Assembly: GCF_001194135.2 (NCBI RefSeq)
Contig: NC_068993.1
Coordinates: 45,011,500-45,050,523, forward strand
Source: Octopus bimaculoides
Taxonomy: Eukaryota
Length of the DNA: 39,024 nt
Direction of reading: 5' to 3'
In this document: positions 34,061 to 39,024 of the stretch, piece by piece
How the letters are laid out: every line of letters begins with the position of its first letter
Position numbering within the stretch: position 1 is the first letter of the stretch
Translations under genes and position numbers: made by a program
The notes under the pieces: model-generated
Seen by the model: only the letters and a program-made list of their open reading frames with translations
Databases searched by the model: none
Told to the model about the DNA's origin: nothing

Positions 34061-34313
34061 AAGATATTTAATAATAATAATAATAATGAGCTTAGAAGTG
34101 GGTAAGAGAGGAGATAGAAAACAGTAATAAGCCAAGTAAAAACAGACAGCTATGATAGCCAAAGGTACATGTTTAGTACACAGAATTAAATACAAGGAGA
34201 CAGTAAAATGAACAGCAAAAGAGCCATAGAGAGAAAAGGGTGCATGGGCACATCAGAGATAGTGTTGATGAATTTTGGGCAGCTTGGAATTTTTGAAGGA
34301 TGCAACAAGATTG

Positions 34314-34565
34314 AAGGCACATGACTTATTAGTAGGGTGTTGAACTCATTCATGATCCTAAGATTGTGATTTCGATTCCTGGACCGGGTGACATATTGTG
34401 TTCTTGAAGAAAACATTTCATTTCATGTTGCTCCAGTCCACTCAGCTGTCAAAAATGAATAACCCTGTGATGGACTGGCATCTCCTCCAAGCAGGGAATA
34501 TATACGTCAATGCCTCAGAAACTGGGAAATCAGCCCTATGGATCTATATGAACCAAGAAGGATCT
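34314..34565 (+). mobile_element. SINE family C (CORE-like)
   Basis: tRNA-like head with ttcgattcc, then gttgctccagtccactcagctg body, shared with 1415 and 22110. Confidence 0.65.
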
Positions 34566-35201
34566 TTCTCCTTTGTTTCATCAACAAGGGCAGTTTATTC
34601 CATGCTTTGACATTTCTGAGTGTGAAAAAATATTTTTCTGAAAGTCGTGGGTGCTGCACTGTTTTTCTATTTTACAAGCATGTCCAAGGGTATTAGAGGT
34701 ACTTCTGGGCAGTTGAACAGTCGATAGCTTTTATATAGTCTTTTGTGTAACAGTTTGTTGAATTTTTGCTTACATAAACATTGCTATTGTTGAAAATAGT
34801 GGGGGTGAGGTGATTATGGAGCAATGTTTTTGTGTGGTAAAGATGTTTGCTTCCCAACCACATGCTTTGGGGGTTCAGTCCTACTGTGTGGCACCTTGGG
34901 TCAGTATCTTCAACTGTGAAGATTTGGAAGAAATGCTTAACAGCATTTCTTCCAACTTTTTACATTCTGAATTCTAGTTCTGTCAACTTTGTTTTGCATC
35001 CTTTCCAGGTAAAAAACAAAAAACAAAAAAAAAAAAACAAGTACCTGTTGATCACAGGGGTCAATGTCATTGATTGACCCTTCTCAAAATTTCCAGCCTT
35101 GTGCCAAAATTTGAAATAATTATTTAAATTTAAATTTCATAGAGAACTGCCATGCTTTACATAGAATTTTTTTTTATGTTTCATTTTGTTCTTTCTTTCA
35201 G

Positions 35202-35633
35202 AGAATCAATGACCTTTGCAAACGAATGGGTATTTCTGAGGAAGTGATCCAGCGTAAGCTACAGTGTTTCTCATCTATGGACTCTCTTGATGGTGTTTTA
35301 CTGACAGAACCTACCGAAGAGAATGGTGGAGATAAGTTAAGCAGTACCAATTTAACCCTCACCAAGTCCTTTGAATCAGAAAACAATCACGTTGCTGGCA
35401 AGAGTGACACTGAATCAGGCTTTGATGAATCCAGTTCCCAGTTGTCTCGTTCAGGTATTGATGATGGCCTGGTATCCAGTGTAGTGTCTTTAACAAGCGT
35501 CACTGGCAGTTCTGAACCCCTCACAAAAGCTCAACTCTATGAAGAACTAGCGTCCGTTGCTATTGACTGGAAGCCATTCCGGAATGTACAAAACTGTAGT
35601 TGTGCATATTCTTTTGAACATTTTTCAAAGAAG
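35202..35633 (+). CDS. MTMR6/7/8: MTMR6/7/8-like exon: RINDLCKRMGISEEVIQRK...Ser/acidic linker...IDWKPFRNVQNCSCAYSFEHFSKK (coiled-coil end, linker, first part of FYVE-related domain)
   Basis: ctttctttcag acceptor, gtaaca donor at 35634, 432 nt with no stop. Coincides with the 142-aa ORF 35226-35654. Confidence 0.92.
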
Positions 35634-35857
35634 GTAACAAACTTTCTCAATTAGTTTTAGACTGCTCTTCACATTTGGATTTAAATTCCATCTATCTTGG
35701 CTGTTGCTCTATATATAGTCTCCAATTCCCTGTAACTAACCATTCTTTTTTCAGAGTTTGTTGTTTGTTTCTACTTTTACCATGATTCTATGATGTCTAT
35801 TTATCCATTTATCTATCTGTCAAAATTGTCAAATTTTTTTTTCCTTCTATATTTTAG

Positions 35858-36025
35858 TACCACTGTTGGAAGTGTGGTGAGGTGTTTTGTACCCGTTGTA
35901 TCGCTGCTCATCTACCTCTGCCAGGTCATTTCCCCAAACGCCATGCACCCGTCTGTGTGCAGTGTTACAGCCAATTGAACCGAGTCCTGCCTTTACCAGA
36001 GGTTTCTGCACAGGTGGTCAGCTGA
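35858..36025 (+). CDS. MTMR6/7/8: MTMR6/7/8-like last coding exon: YHCWKCGEVFCTRCIAAHLPLPGHFPKRHAPVCVQCYSQLNRVLPLPEVSAQVVS*
   Basis: ccttctatattttag acceptor, TGA at 36023-36025. HCxxCG..FC..C...VCxxC completes a FYVE-type zinc finger with the CSC in the previous exon. Confidence 0.93.
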   Translation, partial: YHCWKCGEVFCTRCIAAHLPLPGHFPKRHAPVCVQCYSQLNRVLPLPEVSAQVVS

Positions 36026-36879
36026 ATAGACCCAAACCAAACCGAATGAATTAATTCACTTCAGTTGTGACTGTTTCATACAAAAACCCACCGGACATTG
36101 GTACCAGTTTTAGAGAATCAACATAAAAAAAAAAAATGTGATCAAAATGTAATGTTAATAATAATAATATAAATATGAATATATGAAAGGATAAGTAAAT
36201 AAGATAGCCCTCTTTTCCCAAGCCACCCAAATGAAATAAAAGTCTCCACTCACCCCACCCCCTCCACTGTCATATTTACACACAGGATATAATAAAATGA
36301 TCTTCATTTTGAAGGATCCACGCTGTGTGTGCATGTGTGTGTGTGTGTGTGTGTGTGCTTGTGTTTGTCTGTGTGTGTAAGTAAGAAAAGATAAATTTCT
36401 GGTGAGAGAAAATTAAACGGTCAAAAAAAAAAAGAGAAATTAAAAAGACAACAAAATAGTCAAATGAATATTTAAATAATAATTATGACAACAACAACAA
36501 AAAAAGATCCCTCACTTGAATAGCCCTTTCCCTTCCTCCCTCCCTCCTGCCCTTCCATTCTCCTCTCCCAATCTTCTCCCTCTCTCTTTCTCTCTGTCAA
36601 AAACTGGAAAAAAAAAAAAAAAATTATGAATTCAGTAAAAGCAATGTCATCTCGGCTTAGAATGGACAATGTCAATAAACTAGTATCTGTCATTTGTAGA
36701 GAGACAGTTGCCGTAGAGACACACAGACAAGCTACTACTATTATTACTACTACTACTACTACTATTACTACTGCTGTTGTTGTTTGTTTGTTGACTGTAG
36801 TTTATCATTTCTAGAATTACAACTGCTTCAGCTTCTAAACACATACAAAGTAACTTAACACTCACCTCTCTCTCTTAGT

Positions 36880-36910
<31 letters not shown>

Positions 36911-37560
36911 GTGGGCGTATTTTAAACACAGATTTTGGTCGCTATTTGAGTTTCATGCCCTGTGATCTTTTGGGCAATGCTCTGAAAGATTGCAGATAGT
37001 GGAAGACATGAATAACAATTGAAATCTTAGTTTAAATAAAAAACATACATAAAACTGTACACCACATGTATTTAGTGGTCTCTTCTTTCTTTTACAAATG
37101 GTAACACACATACACACACACACACACACATATCTGTATCTCTCTCTCTGAGAATCTGAATCGAAACTACAAAGAATTAAAATGAAAAAAAAAAAAAAAA
37201 AAAAAAAAAAGCAAACAGTTTTAATTACAAAATGTTGTAAAGTTTTAAAAAACCAGAAAAGAAAACATTATCTTAAGCGATTTAGAGTTTGTTGGCCATG
37301 GCAATGTATACACTTTTCTTTGGTTGTTGATGTTTTTTATTTTTTATGTAATAAATGTCTGCAATAATTGTTAACATAATGAGATAATGTGACTTAGCCA
37401 AAGCTGGGTGCAATGTTTGTTGTTCTTTAAAACTTCTATTTACAGGAACAAAAATGGTTTTTTTTGCATCAGTAGCACCAGATGATAATTTTTCTTTGAA
37501 TTGAGTCTTCATTTTCTTTTTATCTAATCTATTTATATATTTATTTCCTCTGTTACATTT
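36026..37560 (+). other. Probable 3' UTR / 3' flank of the MTMR gene with several AATAAA hexamers (36235, 36291, 36674, 37035, 37350)
   Basis: Follows the stop codon. AT-rich, with homopolymer and microsatellite runs and no recognisable SINE/LINE until about 37570. The true cleavage site cannot be determined from sequence. Confidence 0.5.
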
Positions 37561-37569
37561 TCCTTTTCA

Positions 37570-37882
37570 TCAACATCATCGTTGTTTAACGTCCGCTTTC
37601 CATGCTAGCATGGGTTGGACGATTTGACTGAGGACTGGTGAAACCAGATAGCTACACCAGGCTTCAATCTGATTTGGCAGAGTTTCTACAGCTGGATGCC
37701 TTTCCTAACGCCAACCACTCCAAGAGTGTAGTAGGTGCTTTTTACGTGCCACTGGCATGAAGGCCAGTCAGGCGGTACTGGCAACAGCCACAGGTGTCAG
37801 GAAGGCGATGCTGGGCACAGGTGCCATTGACGGTTTCGCTTTCGCTTGCCCCAATAAGTCTTCGCAAGCCCATTGACGGTTT
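37570..37882 (-). mobile_element. Young 5'-truncated retroposon, sister of 25131-25475
   Basis: Near-identical sequence with a (GAT)n-like tail at the left end. Confidence 0.85.
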
Positions 37883-37884
37883 GG

Positions 37885-38880
37885 CATATATAGTGGGTGG
37901 GACATCATTTCCCATTCAAACTGCTCCAGCCTTTGGAATGTCATCCTCGCTGTATGTGGCCAAGCATTATCCTGATGGAAGAACTACTTTCGTCTTGAAA
38001 CCAAAGATGGTCGTTTTTCTTCTAGCACTCACTAAGCCGCTCACGCTGCTCGCAGTAGATCTCCTTTGTTATTTTTTGGTTTGGGTTTAAAAGTTCACAT
38101 TGGACTAAATCTTTCATATTCCACCAAACAGATAACAACACCTTACATGGGTAAAGACCTTCTTTAGCCTGTGGTGTTGATGTTTCTCCTTTCCCAACCC
38201 ACTGTCTTCGGTGCCTGGCATTTTTATAAAGAACCCATTTCTCATCACCAGTCACTATTTGGTCCAGAAAGGTTCATTTGTGAGATGTGATAGCAAAGAA
38301 GAGCACACATTCACTCTCTGCACGTGATTACACTCGGAAAATTTGTGAGGAACCTATTGACCTAATTTACTGACATTTCCGATGGCATGCGGGTGTTGAT
38401 GAATGGTTGAATGACTAAATCCAAGCTTCTCTGCTATTTCCTCAACAGTTACAATGGGATTTTGTTCCACCAGGGTTTGCAGGACATCCTCGTCAAGCTC
38501 TACAGATCTTCCTGGACGAGACTTGTCTTCTAGGCTGTAGTTTCCGGCTTGGAATTTCTGGAACCACTGTTGACACTGGCTTACTGTCTGATCCCCATAT
38601 ACTGCATTAATATTCTGTGCACTTTCTGTTGCATTGTTGCCTTTATTGAACTCATAAAGCAAAATATGCCAGATATACTCCTTTATCACTTCCATTATAG
38701 CTTTGAAAAAATAACTATTAAAATCGAACTGCACTCAGCAAAACTTGTACCAAGAATAAATCAACGTAAAAGCACTACCTGCTTTCATAGCAAGTTGATG
38801 CAGGTAGTTTATCCTATCCCCCTCTGACTTTTAGTTCATGCATTTGTAAAAAAACACATTATTTATGGGATGACCCAATA
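37885..38880 (-). mobile_element. Non-functional mariner (DD34D) transposon, 3'-truncated
   Basis: HTH region MEVIKEYIWHILLYEF...WFQKFQAGNYSLEDKSRPGR, then *VPH (WVPH mutated to stop), TGDEKW, KVLLSVWW, IYCEQ, FHQDNAWPH and HPLY, with frameshifts. One terminal repeat TA-TTGGGTCATCCCATAAAT lies at 38861-38880. The YSPDL/third Asp region and second TIR are missing. Confidence 0.93.
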
Positions 38881-38889
38881 TTTGCAGGC

Positions 38890-39024
38890 AGGAAAAGAAG
38901 GAACATTATGCATATCGATGAAATAGAAGGGGATATAGCATCATACAACGTGGAAGACAATTGGAGATTTCTGCGGGACAACCTGTTGAAAGCCACCGAC
39001 CAGATTTGTGGGTTGTGTAAGGTT
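38890..39024 (+). mobile_element. LINE ORF2 fragment (region after the APE endonuclease, RTE/RTE-X-like) running off the window
   Basis: IDEIEGDIASYNVEDNWRFLRDNLLKATDQICGLCKV resembles the W..L+..+..A...+CG motif of RTE-group ORF2. Confidence 0.55.

Noticed and set aside
35790-35978. 62-aa ORF overlapping the last exon
   Set aside because: Wrong frame. The real exon starts at 35858 in a different frame that encodes the Cys motifs.

Overview
AT-rich, microsatellite- and retroposon-dense eukaryotic DNA from a gapped draft assembly (five N runs). The repeat landscape looks like an octopus/coleoid cephalopod genome; this is an inference. The one well-supported gene is on the + strand: the 3' nine coding exons of an active myotubularin-related lipid phosphatase of the MTMR6/7/8 clade. 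The exons are 1817-1951, 24782-24914, 27670-27779, 29172-29294, 30132-30385, 31816-31956, 33305-33431, 35202-35633 and 35858-36025. All introns are GT-AG and the phases join into one frame of 1623 nt (540 aa plus stop). The protein has an intact HCSDGWDRT catalytic loop, a predicted coiled coil, a Ser/acidic linker and a C-terminal 8-Cys FYVE-related zinc finger that lacks the canonical PI3P-binding signatures. The 5' exons lie upstream of the window. The first intron is 22.8 kb and holds many decayed elements: several RTE LINE pieces (one nested in another), an R4/Dong-type LINE split at its zinc knuckle by a SINE and an L1/Tx1-like LINE, a Helentron-type non-autonomous element, and several modular tRNA-derived SINE families. 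TTAA-flanked MITEs lie in other introns, and a dead mariner and another LINE fragment lie downstream. A speculative chain of antisense micro-exons inside the large intron is flagged. No CRISPR, rRNA or genuine tRNA gene is supported.
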